Positions 15,301-27,021 of a stretch of 64,000 nt of DNA are shown one piece after another (position 1 is the first letter of the stretch; each line of letters starts with the position of its first letter). Made by a program: the position numbers and the translations under genes. Origin of the DNA: Daphnia carinata. Its lineage: Eukaryota. Under the pieces are notes generated by a model. That model did no database searches and was not told the DNA's origin. It worked only from the letters and a program-made list of their open reading frames with translations. The stretch is from NCBI RefSeq assembly GCF_022539665.2, contig NC_081334.1, positions 2,480,001 through 2,544,000 of the forward strand. Direction: 5' to 3'.

Positions 15301-18300
15301 TCTACTTTGACCAAACTTTTTAGTTCTCTTATGGCAGTTCAATGTTCTCGGATTCAGCACACGTTTTCCCCTTTGGCATGTTATATCGACTTAAACATGC
15401 ATACGTTTTTATTTCTTCGGTTGATGGATTTCCAATGATTGATCTCATTTTTCGTTTTTTCTTTTCGTCGTACGTCTAGCACGACAATGTTTGGGTTTTT
15501 TTTTTTTTGGCAAACTTCGATGCGTTGGTTTCTTTATGGGTTTTTCTTTTCTTTACCGTCCTTGACTAGTGATTCATTTTATTTTGCGTCCTTTTTATTT
15601 TCTAGTCTCGGATGCTTGTCTATTGTATCCGAAACGAGGTCTTCATTTTGATTCCAGGCGCTGACTCTCAGTTTTCAGTCGAACACGATTTCATTATTCC
15701 TTCCGTAGCTTTGAGATTAAAAACTTCCTGCTTTAGTAGACAACTCTCATTTTTGATGTAGTTCACGTACTATGAATATTGCGTCGAAATGTTTCTGTTC
15801 GTAAACAACTTTGTTCTATTTATTTATTTTTTTTTTTCAGTTTATGTCCCTAGTTGGACTATGATTTCAGTTTATCTTAACTAGTTCCTCCATTCCTTAT
15901 TTTTTTCTCTCTTTTATTTTCTAAGCTATTTCGTAGTAATTATTCATTAGCTCTGTTAGATTTGTCTTTATCGAAGGACTGAATGACTGAATTGTCCTCA
16001 TTTTATTTTTATTTTTTATTTTTTTTTCGTGACTGCGAACGCAGCGCTGAAACATTCGCCTTCTAAGAAGAAGCTGACAGCTCGGACACGAGCAACCTCC
16101 GTTACGGATAGTGCTGCGCCAGCAAACTACGACCAGCTCGCCACAAGTCAAGAATCAGGTAACCTACATCGTCCTTGCCAATGAAAGCCTACAAAATTCT
16201 TAGCAAAATCGGCCTCTTATCTCAAACACGGCTATTGTACACATTTTACTGTCTACGTCAATCTGCCGGGGGATTTCACTTTATGCCAAGTGCCTTCCCT
16301 TCAAGCGCGTAGTGAAACAGAATAGGCGTCTTCACAGTGATAGGATTTTCTTAAAAAAAAAAAAAAAACGTAAGAGAAAAGTTGATGTTATTGTTGTTGT
16401 CTGCTTTCGAATCGCCCAGCGTCAGACGCCGGAGCGATCGGTGGTGTTTCGACTATGCCACATCCGACAGGAACGGGTTCAATGTCAGGACCAGCAACTG
16501 CAGTTACGTTTAGCAACACAGTGGTTGGAGGCGGTGGTACGAGCGCTACTGGAAACAGTGTCGGCGGTGGCATTGGCGGAAGCTCCGCTACTCCCGTCAA
16601 TTTACCCGCTGTCCTAAAAGACCGTGTGCCAAGCAACTTGAGACCGGGTTCTGGGGCTGGTCCCAGGGGCCCTCCTCCACCCGTTCCGCCGCGCTCGCCT
16701 AAACGGGTTAATATTGCCGTGCCGTCGTCTCAAGGAGGGGCATCGGCAGGCTCGGCTAAAGGTGAAGCGAATAAAAGAATGATGGGTGAACTTTTCGTTC
16801 CAGTATATTTTCATCATCAGAGAAATTTGACTACTTGATGATCTTTTTTTTTTTTTTTGGTTTATTAGCTATTGTTTATCTTTTTTTTGGAAATTTTGTT
16901 GGCTGATCGTTTGTGAACTGAGCATGATGGCGTTGATTTGGAACGTTTTAATTACTGTTTTTCACTCATTGTCACCCTAGTCCTCGCATCGTTGACTAAA
17001 AGACGTAGATGATGTCGGTCTTTACAGTGCCCTGCGTTTTGAATTAATCGCCCATTCCCGGAGATTTTTTTTTGTAGTAAAGCTTGTTGTGCTATTCTCA
17101 GTTTGGTTTGGTTAGTTTGCGTTGATTTGTGTGTGTTTTTTTCAGAATTTTTAATGTATCCGCCCGATGCTGCTGCACGAAGTAGCTGCCGCTGCATGTA
17201 ATCTGTTGGCATTGGAACTTTTGCGTCCGTGTTTCTTCAAAGCGTTTCATCACATTTCTTTCTCTTTTTTTAACAGTATCATTTCGACCAAGAGCCAGCA
17301 ATGAAGATGGAGAATCCCGAAGCCTACCATCATCTTCATCTTCGTCATCGACACCTCCTCCTGCATTTGAGGATGTTCTGCGTTCGGGTTCATCGGATAG
17401 GCCCCGTGAACAGCCGATGGCCCAGACTAGCCGAGCTGGAAGTAAATCGGCTAACATCTCGACAAAGAGACAAACGGAGACAACCGTAAGCAGGAACTGG
17501 ACGTCGCAAGCTGAAGCTATCAGGTAGGGCTTCTATATTTTCTTTTAGGTATAAATAATTGCCATAATTAAGGGTTAGAAAGCGATCAGTTAACACGAAA
17601 GGGCTTCTGTGGTTAGGAATCCGCAATTCGGGAAGCAGATCGAAACATCAGTGGTCAGTCATACCGAAGAATTGGTTTGCATGACAAGTCATCATATCTT
17701 CAGGTTAGAAAATTATTACTCAGTTCCCGTTGTTCTCTCGACACTGAGAAACGCGCTAACTGCAACGATGGAAGTGTTTTTACAGCTTGCATATTAACAC
17801 CATCAATCGATTAGACCCTAAGGACTCCTTGGATCGGTATTAGCTTTCAGGGTTTGGACAAATGCATGCACTGGGGAAAATTGATTTTTACTAACAGCCA
17901 CTTTAGAGTGAAGCCTCGGTGAGCAAAACAAAGGGCTTCATAGACGTTTGCGTGTTGTTTCTTAAATCTAATTTCTGTGTCGGACAATTCTTACTCACCT
18001 TTACGGGTCATTGATTGCAAAACAGCATGTCCGAAGTCCAGCTGGAGGTACGATCGAACAGCAAAGCGTCATCACTAGGGAGTGGGGAAATCTTAAGAAT
18101 GGCGAGCGGTGTTCTTTCCGGAGGCCATACACCGACCCCGACATGGACGGAAGGAACGCCTTCCTTCACTGAATCATCATCTTCCGGTGAATTAGGTATT
18201 GCGTCCATTACATTCATATAGGAATTACGTTATGTTTTCTGTTTCACCAGGATTTTCAGGATCGCCGAAAATGAACCAAACTTCGGCCAACTCGTCCCGC

Positions 18301-18892
18301 GTTCATGCCAAGGTTGTCAACGAAGGAAGTATGTCTCCGAGTTTTCATCAGGATTCTGAAATGGTGAGTTCCGTTCGCATTCCGTGAACAATTTTGCTGT
18401 CCTGGAAAAAGGCGGACGACAGCACAACGAGCAAAAAACCAACGAACTTTTCGAGACTGTGCTGGTTCCTATTAAGCGAATCTTCTTTCCGAATTTCCTA
18501 TACGTCTTCCGTATTGCCCAACATTTTCTTTAAAGTGTAGAGGAACACAAACATTTGTCTGACCTTTTTTTTTTTTCTCATACTGCCTGGACAACTTCTT
18601 ATTATATTATCGGCTTGATACCATAACTTGTTCCTCCGGTTTTGGTAAAAAAACGTTTGCTGACCAGTGACAATAGCCGGACGCGGAAGGAAGTTTTCCT
18701 ACACGCTAGTAGTTGCAGACGGGATTGAAAAATCCTTTTTGTTTTCACCGCGCGATATTACCGGGAAGAAATCTATCGAAATTTAGGTGCCCCCCAAAAA
18801 ATCCCAGTCTGTTTTCTCTTCGTCTAGATTACAAAGAAGCTAATCGTTGATATCGGACTTGTACATTGAACCGTTTACAGACTCACCTGTAA
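12324..18892 (+). CDS. PIP5K1: Phosphatidylinositol 4-phosphate 5-kinase type I, multi-exon with a probably alternatively spliced C-terminal tail
   Basis: [88 protein letters not shown] and the tail motif [18 protein letters not shown]. The end is either 18387 (read-through) or 18892 (spliced, THL*). Confidence 0.95.
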
Positions 18893-21800
18893 GAGAGCTG
18901 AGATTAGCTGGGAGCTTTGCGGTGAACATCTTGGATTGCTGGAGAAAAACTGAAGAATTGGAGAAGAAGATAGAAATGGAGAAGCAAAATGTTTTGATGG
19001 ACGATGGTTTCGTGAATGTTTGCCTTCTATTTGCTTAGTCTCTTTGCGTACTATTTTTGCTGTCGCTGTTATCACTACATCCTACTCTTCGGTGGGTTAT
19101 TTCCTTCCTCGTCTCGTGTGTCTCTTCTATGTTTTTATGTAACAAAAAAAAAAGAAAAGAAAAAGAAAGAAAGTGAGGTCCATTCGATGCTGTTCTTGTG
19201 TGGAAATTCAACGTGAACACTGCCCCTGTCGTTTGATCAGTGGTTTGTATATCCAGAGTTGATATTTCCACCTATAAAAGATAGTTGTGATTCTCTCGCT
19301 GGTTTTGGTTCCTTATTTTTTGGCTGTTTATTCTTTTCATTTTTTTTTTTCTTTTGCTCGTAATGACTATGGTCGATGTTCTGAATGGTTATGCCCACAC
19401 ACATGGTTTCTATTTTGGAAACCTAAAGAAAATCGTCTTATTACTATTGTTTTCTAGTTAATATTTGTGGATGTTTTCATTCGTTATCATTCGGTGGATG
19501 GTTTGCCTGTGGGCTTATTATGATTCCGTATTGGGGTCGTGTATTCTTTCTCCTTTTCCTGTGGCCAATCTTTATTACTCCCCCCATTTTCGTGTGTTGC
19601 TCTGTCAAATGTTTTGGTTCTTTTTTGGCAGGTGGCTACGTCTGCCCATTGCCCTCCTTTGCTCGTCTTTCCTTCTGCGTGTGGTGTTTGTGGGAATATG
19701 CATTCATTAAATCCTGTTTTTTTACGAAGCAATAACCGCCAGAGAGTGCTGGATCTGTTTTTTTGTACATTGATACACCTCATCTAGTTCTCTATATCCT
19801 AATTCCCTTTATCTGTACAAGTAATGCTTCGTTTTTTTCCTTTTCGTTTGTCTAAAATCTCAGCGTGTCGGCCATGACGGTGCGTACTGTGTAGCTCTAC
19901 TTTCTCTGCCTATTCCTCTTTGTCATGTGTCTCTTACCGTTAAACAAAAGATTATCACAATTATCTCTTTGCTGTGTTAGAAAAAAAAATTACCTTCCAT
20001 CCTGTTCATAACGTTTCTTTTTTTCCTGCAGTATTTTATACCTATTCTGTATGTGTTATAAATATTCTTTTTTTTTTCTCCTACTATTTTCTGTCTCCTC
20101 TGAATGACTATATCTCCCGAACCTATGTAACAGCGCTGGCAATGTTTCGTGGTTTCTTCATTGTGTGCTTAACTGGAGACTATATCATTGAATGTTTTAT
20201 TCGTACTTTCCCTTCTGTTGTTCTACATACATATTAACTGTCAAACTGTGAGTAGAAAGAAGTGGATTCAAGTTGAAGGAAACATTACAATAAAACCGGA
20301 AGAAGAAGTACAGCTTGTACGCTTGAATTCCTGTTGTTCAAATGGAAAACGTTAGGTTTCCTAATGCTGAAACATGGTGTAATAGCTAAAAAATTTGGTA
20401 CGTAACGTACTACCTTGTTAACTGAAACCAGGTTTGCTAATGTAGGTGTCAGGGGAGTCTGGTATTGCCCACTAGTGGCAGTGAACGGAAATACATTTAT
20501 TTTTCACTACTCGGCATATCTATTTTTGACCGATGATGCGACTGGCCTGTTCCGGTTTACCCATGTAGACTGGGTTGAGTTGGAGCAGAGTTCGCCACGA
20601 GAAAGAACACTCGAAAACCGTAGACATTGAACAGCCACCACATTGAAGAATCCTTAAATAAATTTTACTTTATTCCATGTTAGTCAACACAAGCGATTGG
20701 GGAACGGCAAAAGTTACGGTTCCACTGAAACGTTTTGAAAGCTTTTCAACCACTTCCATGCTGAGAATGTCGGTAAGCACAAGTCGAACGATTCTGGCTT
20801 TATAGTACAGTTTCTACCACGAGGTTATTTTATATCAACATTGACTAACTCCTTTATAAATTTTCAGAGAAGAAACACGTAGCCAAGCAAAGCAATTACC
20901 TGAGAGGCAATTGAAAATCAGCATAATAATGAGATGAGAAGACCATGTAGCATGGTTAAGCAACTTTGCTGTATATGGCGTAGCTCTGATGCCAGAAGAT
21001 TTTTGATGTAAGCATATTAAAACCTTGTTAATTAATTCTTCAATAACAAAATATTTAATATATTAAACAGTGGCTGTGATATACATGGGGAATATTGCCA
21101 CGTTGATTGCATAGGTAATTATTTGTCTAAAACGAAATTCTTTTGAAAATTAAAAGGTGTCTTCCTTGCCTTTTTGTAGATATTATTGAGAAGAGCTCCT
21201 GCGTCATTTATTAGTTTTTCTATTCAGTAAATATAAATTTTGTTATTGCATTTTCTATTCTAAGAATAAAATTTGAATGCTATTAAAAATGCAGACAGGG
21301 ATCTGAGCTTCATGAAAAAACTGGAACAGTTAAGGAAGGAAGAGTTAAGAAAAAAAGAAGTGGACACCAAAATACCCCAACTGTGCTAAATCATTGTTTG
21401 TTATCGTGTAGAAAACTACAAGTGTGATGCTTGTCGAGGAAGAGATGTCAACAGTACAACCTGCGCAGAGTATCTCTGACATTTGCCTACAAGGTATCTT
21501 TTTCTATTAAGTTTTATCTTGTCTAATTTTCTTTGGTTGTTTACTGTATCATGTAGCAGAAAAAGATGGAGACAGTAGCGGAAGAAGAGGAAATTTTTTA
21601 AAAACTCCTAAAGAATGATGCAGACTGTTTTGACGATGATAATTGTACCCGAACATGTGAAAGAAAAACCCGTTGTCCCGGTTCCCAAGCCATCTCAACA
21701 TACGGCAACAAAAGAAGGTATACTGTTAAATCGTTTAAACATTCATTGTTTCTAAAATTTATTTAGAGACTAGGAAAAGGCTAAAGGAAGCCATCGTTCC

Positions 21801-23990
21801 TCTGCTATTTCGGGGGACCACTGTCGCTAGAAGAATCACCCCGTCTATAGATTCGGGAGGTAAAAGCGCAATAAAAAAATCTCCAACACAGTAAGCAGAA
21901 GGTAGGTAGGCTGGTTATCATGCACACAAAATACAGTGAAATTTATTTGAATTGCCTTAAGACATTGTACCTGACAATTCGCTTGAAACGGTTTTAGGTC
22001 GTTCATTGTTATGAACCACAATAAATGTGTCAGGAAATAAATACTGCAGTGAATAATGCTGGCTAAAATTGGCGTCATCTTGTGTATATACCAGGTAAAC
22101 GCATCATATTCGGGGAAGATATCAAGAAAAAAAAGATCTTTAAGAAAGTGTTTAAATTTTAATTATAATTTTTTTTTTTTTTATATTGGTGATAGATTTC
22201 GTCGTCAAAAACTCAATAAGAACTGGATATAACTTCAGCAAAGGCTAAAACATTTACCGTTGACATTTACTATGACGACGAAGCGTGTGAACGAGGCGAT
22301 AACGAAAAGGAATCGGCCACTGTGTGGTACGTACATCATTTGCGGCATCGGTATTACGGCCAGCAATGCGATCCCACACATGAAGCAATGTTGCAACAAA
22401 TACGAAAGCCAAACATTTCGGCACGTTCTATTGACCTAAATAGAAGGCAAGAACATGTTTGAGTTTTACAATACCAGTAATCGAATATACTCCATGCGAA
22501 TTCGTGGTTTTTGTTAAGAGCATTGCAAAGATCCTATGGTAATTATGTAAATAAGTGTTTAAAGATACGAAATGAAATCCTTTATTGTCTACTTAGGTCA
22601 GCAAGACTGATGTATGCAGCTATTCTTCAGTACAGGAAGTTGTTGAAGAAACTGGAGAAATCTGTCCTATTCAAAAAAAATAAGTCTCCAACGTAACAAC
22701 TGGGAGAGTAAAAATTTGTATGAAAGGTGGCTTAAAATTGATGAGTATTCGAAAAAAAAAAGCAACAAACATTTTGTTCCTGACGTTTTTTGTCCGCACA
22801 TTCTATTTCTCATGCTTTTTTATTATTTTATTCGTCTACCAATTGATTCTCTGGTGTCACCTGCCCATTTAGTTTGTCTCGCTCTATGTTTAACGCTTAA
22901 AAATAGAATTAACGACTTCGCATTAATGCAGTTCTCGAATCAGCAAAATTTTTCGAATTCAGTTATTTTTGGTATAATTGAAAAAACAAGATGGCGCTGA
23001 TACGCCGCTATGTTGGTTTTTTGATTCGGCTACGTGTGACAATTGGAACCCGTGTTCGAATATTTATTAACTGTGTTAAATTCCAATAAAAAGTTCGAAA
23101 TCAAATAGTGTGCTATTTCCTGTCAAGTGTTATCAACCTCTTGTGTGCTTTTGAAGTGGAGCACAACAAATGTGATAATTTCTTGTGTGATGAGGAACCT
23201 TGTGATTTGCTGTGTCAGATCATGCATAGCAAAACTGCTTTTCATTATTCTGCTTTTAAGAAGTAGCTTGTGGAACATAAATCATAAAGGATGTTGACTA
23301 AGGAAACGGAATTCAAAGAACACGAAACTGTGGATTGAAATACCTTCATCTTATACTGCTACACATTGTCTGGTAATCCTCGTGTGTCAGTTCTGATCTG
23401 ACAAGTGCATCATATTCCTTGAGGTTGTTGTCAGGCTTTAAATGACAGAGACTCTATGAATTGTAGGATCATCATGTCATTCCACCACTCATCGTCCCAT
23501 CATCACTTTGTGCCAGTTCTAATCTGACAAGTTCTGATCACACTCCTCAAGGTTATGTTGCCAACCTTAATGATCTTCATTTCAGCAATGCGGTCGTTTC
23601 TACTTAGCCTATCAATTGGCAAGACTTTGTGTTGAGAAGTGAGGTATTAGACCTATATTTGAGCAGCCAGTGGCAGGTTTGCATAATTCTACTTTCATTC
23701 AGCGTGTAAAGCTAAAAACACAAGGGATGCTGGCCCTGGAGGGAGATCATCGTTTGATGCAAAATTTATGGATTTGAACATCTCATGCCATTCTTATTTT
23801 CTTATCCCAAATATCTTCTTGTGTAAGTTTTAGTCTGGTAAAAGCAGCTTATTCCTCAATACTGTGTTGCCGATGATGAACAAGCACCATTATAGTAATC
23901 TTGTTTTTTTACTTTACCAGCTAATTCACGTCTTTGACTCGCCCGCTGCCTCACATTTGCCTCGGTCGTCGTCTACACCTCTCCCATCCT

Positions 23991-24362
23991 CCCGTCTTCG
24001 CCTCGCCCGTCGTCCCGTCTTCGCCTCGCCCGTCGTCCCGTCTTCGCCTCGCCCGTCGTCCTGTCTTCGCCTCGCCCGTCGTCCCGTCTTCGCCTCGCCC
24101 GTCGTCCCGTCTTCGCCTCGCCCGTCGTCCCGTCTTCGCCTCGCCCGTCGTCCCGTCTTCGCCTCGCCCGTCGTCCCGTCTTCGCCTCGCCCGTCGTCCC
24201 GTCTTCGCCTCGCCCGTCGTCCCGTCTTCGCCTCGCCCGTCGTCCCGTCTTCGCCTCGCCGGTCATCCCTTCTTCGCGTCGTGGTCGCCCCGCCCGCCAT
24301 CCCGTCTTCGCTTCGTGGTCGCCGCGTCTTCGCCTCGCCCGTCAACCCGTCTTCGCCTCGTC
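23991..24362. repeat. 23-bp GC-rich minisatellite (CCCGTCTTCGCCTCGCCCGTCGT)n, about 12 near-perfect copies plus degenerate copies
   Basis: Direct tandem repeat visible at 23991-24260. It explains the 23-aa periodic ORFs on both strands. Confidence 0.97.
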
Positions 24363-24398
24363 GTTTTGGTATTGTGCGTGTTTTGCAATGTTTATTCG

Positions 24399-24720
24399 TA
24401 ACTAACCCGTTGGCTGCCACCCACCTTTTATCCCCTTTTTTTTTTAGCGTGACAGGGACGGGCCGCGCTGTTCTGCGCCATGGTTATCTGCCATGGGGTG
24501 GAGCAGCGCCACTGCCCAAGATTGGCCGAATGGCCCATAGGCAATGCACCATAGGGAATCCCTTGTTCGAGACGGCGATGTAGACCTGGGATGTGCATTT
24601 CCGTAAAGGTCTCATCGCCGTTTCAGCCCGGACTGTCCTCAGTCCCCCTTGGTCGCTATCCTTTAGATAGCGATGTAGCTATAGTAGATAGTAGTGGCGT
24701 GGCAGCCAACGCGTTAGTTA
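24399..24720. mobile_element. Non-autonomous TIR element (MITE), possibly piggyBac-like
   Basis: Left end TAACTAACCCGTTGGCTGCCACCCAC; right end GTGGCGTGGCAGCCAACGCGTTAGTTA. These form an imperfect inverted repeat of about 26 bp. The core reads CTAA|CCC...CGCG|TTAG, reminiscent of TTAA|CCC termini. Confidence 0.65.
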
Positions 24721-24867
24721 AGTGTATTTGTATGTATTGTATGTTGTATTATATTGTACTGTGAAATGTAAAAAAGTGGTGGAATTGTGGGAGGATGGAG
24801 GGACAATAAAAATACTGAAACTTATTTCAATTTTGTTTCATTTATTGTGTGGATATGTCTATACTAA

Positions 24868-24936
24868 CTGAGCAGGGGATTGAACCCTAGTCCTCCACTA
24901 TTACAATCTGATGCTTTACCACAGAGCCAACTTGGA
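24868..24936 (-). pseudogene. Degenerate tRNA-like sequence (pseudo-tRNA or SINE head)
   Basis: Minus strand shows A-box TGGCTCTGTGG, anticodon-loop-like TTGTAAT and B-box GGTTCAATCCC at tRNA spacing. The acceptor stem does not pair. Confidence 0.6.
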
Positions 24937-25025
24937 TGTTTATTGAAGTAGTACTATTCTTAGGTAACTTTGTCTGCATTGCATATGTCGATAAGCATCC
25001 AATGTTGATTTCATTTAACATATCA

Positions 25026-25100
25026 CTGTCATGGCGCAAATGTAAGAGGCTGGCATGGCGTCATGATGTAGAGATTCCGTATGAGGTTCGACTCCTAAGA
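25026..25100 (+). pseudogene. Degenerate tRNA-like sequence
   Basis: A-box-like TGGCGCAAATG or TGGCGTCATGA, and a good B-box GGTTCGACTCC (25085-25095). No intact cloverleaf. Confidence 0.45.
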
Positions 25101-26544
25101 TGTTCATAGTTAAAAATTAAATGTGATATGCGCTGAAAGGTGATGTTCGTACCAGAGATACCTAGAGAAAATTCTTTGAAGTTTAGCTCATATTACTTTT
25201 TTGTTTATTTTCTCAAGCAATAATCAGCAACTTTTGAAAGACAACGAGTCCACTTCAAAAGCAAATGTCAACCAGACATGCAATTTATATACAAAAATGT
25301 CTAAAATGGCAGATGATACAGACGAATCATGGTAATCTAGAATCGAGCTTCCCCCCTTAAACATTTTTGAGTCACAGGCATCATCAAGGACTCTCTTTCT
25401 CGTCAACATAATTACTAACCTGCATTAAGAACAGATTACCAAAAATCAGTACAGAAGTCTGGATGTCACATAGTAAATGATAATACTACAAAAACGGCCG
25501 TTCTTCCTTCAGTTGGCTCAGGGTAATCCCATTATTGTTTATTTATGTAGGTGTGTACCACATACCATGTGTCTTCCGTCAACTTATTTCTGGAATTGAA
25601 AATACCTCTTTGTTACTTTTCAAAACATAATACATAGATACTGTCATGAGTTTCAGCTATGGTACAGTATGATACCTATGGTTCTGTTTGATGGCTGTTA
25701 CATTAAAACAGCTTACATTTGAGAAGCGCTGATGAATAAACAGCATATTTTAGATCCAAAACAAGGTCGTCTGAGAATGCAAACTTTTAGTGGTAGTTGG
25801 ACTAGAATTTGCAAAGGATATTATATTAAAATGCATCCTGATTTTAAATCTGGTACATTATTACCCAGTGATACACTGATGATGTTAAATCTCCCAATCT
25901 GCAATGTCTCTTATTACTTCCTCTTTGTAACAGACTTTGAAGTGTTTTGTTTCTTCTTATGTCGGTGAGACACAGTGGCTTGAAGTATCTATAATAAAAT
26001 AAAGGCTATAAGCACACACAAAGCAAGAAGTTAAATGTAATTCAATATTTATGTATAGCCTTGTTCATAATGTGGATTTGTACAGACCAAACAGCAGATA
26101 CACAGGAAACCTATGGGAGTCCAACGGGCTGATGACACACTTTTGAAATCAACCTGGAGACTCAGTCTGAAAGACAACTGTTGAGCAAATTTTTTGTTAC
26201 AAATGAAAACAAAGGGCCAAACACTTAAGTAATCTACATAAATAAAAATTGGAATCAGGCTACCTTGTAATTGAGCAATCATCTCTGCAATGTGCTTTAA
26301 CAACATAATAAAACAATGCTCATTGTAATAACGCTCACGAATAATAAATACATGAATAAATCGCATGGCTTTGCAGTCCAAGCGTTAACGTTGGTGAATC
26401 TCTCAATTACTGTTCCTGCTAATTTCACTCAGTTAACCTATTATTTTAGCCACGTCGACCATGAAGAAGGAGGCGAGACACTGCAAACACGTGGTTACTT
26501 TGGGAAAGGTAAATCATACACAATAAAAGCATCCTAGCGCCATC

Positions 26545-26629
26545 TAGATTTTGCAGGAATATTTTTTAAGCCCGACCGGAAAAAGTCGGGCTTATTTAGT
26601 CGGTTTTAAAATTTTTTCTGCAAAATCTA
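26545..26629. repeat. Nested palindrome (12-bp outer and 10-bp inner inverted repeats)
   Basis: TAGATTTTGCAG...CTGCAAAATCTA encloses TAAGCCCGAC...GTCGGGCTTA. Confidence 0.85.
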
Positions 26630-26768
26630 ACACTCATCGGAATTGGTTGAACATCACAGGATATACTCCAAATTGAATCTTAATTCCGGGAGAAATGCTA
26701 TTTTTTTCAATAAGTGAATCGTTTTTGAAATACACCGAATATTTGACACAATGCTAGCGCGCTAGTAC

Positions 26769-27021
26769 CAGTGTATTGGATTTTAACAAACCAAATCATC
26801 AAATCCAATCAAATCCAAATCACATCATTTGTGGATGTGGATTAAATTGGATTTTACTGCTTAGGTTAGTTAAAGTTAGCTTAGGTTAGTTTAGGTTATG
26901 TTACTCGAGAACTTTTGCTGTCTTGAATGATTTAAAGATCCAATGCAAATCCGCAAAAAATTGGATTTGCTTCGGATTTCTTTGTTTTTGCGGATTTGAT
27001 TGGCCAAAATCCAATACACTG
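26769..27021. mobile_element. hAT-superfamily MITE (253 bp) with an 8-bp target site duplication
   Basis: Perfect 16-bp TIR CAGTGTATTGGATTTT / AAAATCCAATACACTG. The TSD GCTAGTAC is at 26761-26768 and 27022-27029. AAATCC/GGATTT motifs are subterminal, and there is an internal TTAGG-like tract. Confidence 0.92.

Noticed and set aside
18847..20630. Numerous Phe/Leu-rich short ORFs
   Set aside because: They lie in or just beyond the T-rich 3'UTR of PIP5K; composition-driven, with no domain signal.
23864..24583. Long Arg/Pro/Ser-rich ORFs on both strands (239, 164, 155 and 97 aa)
   Set aside because: By-products of a stop-free 23-bp minisatellite; the 23-aa periodicity equals three DNA units.
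24868..24936. Functional tRNA-Tyr gene
   Set aside because: A and B boxes are present but the acceptor and anticodon stems do not pair, so it is kept only as a degenerate tRNA-like sequence.
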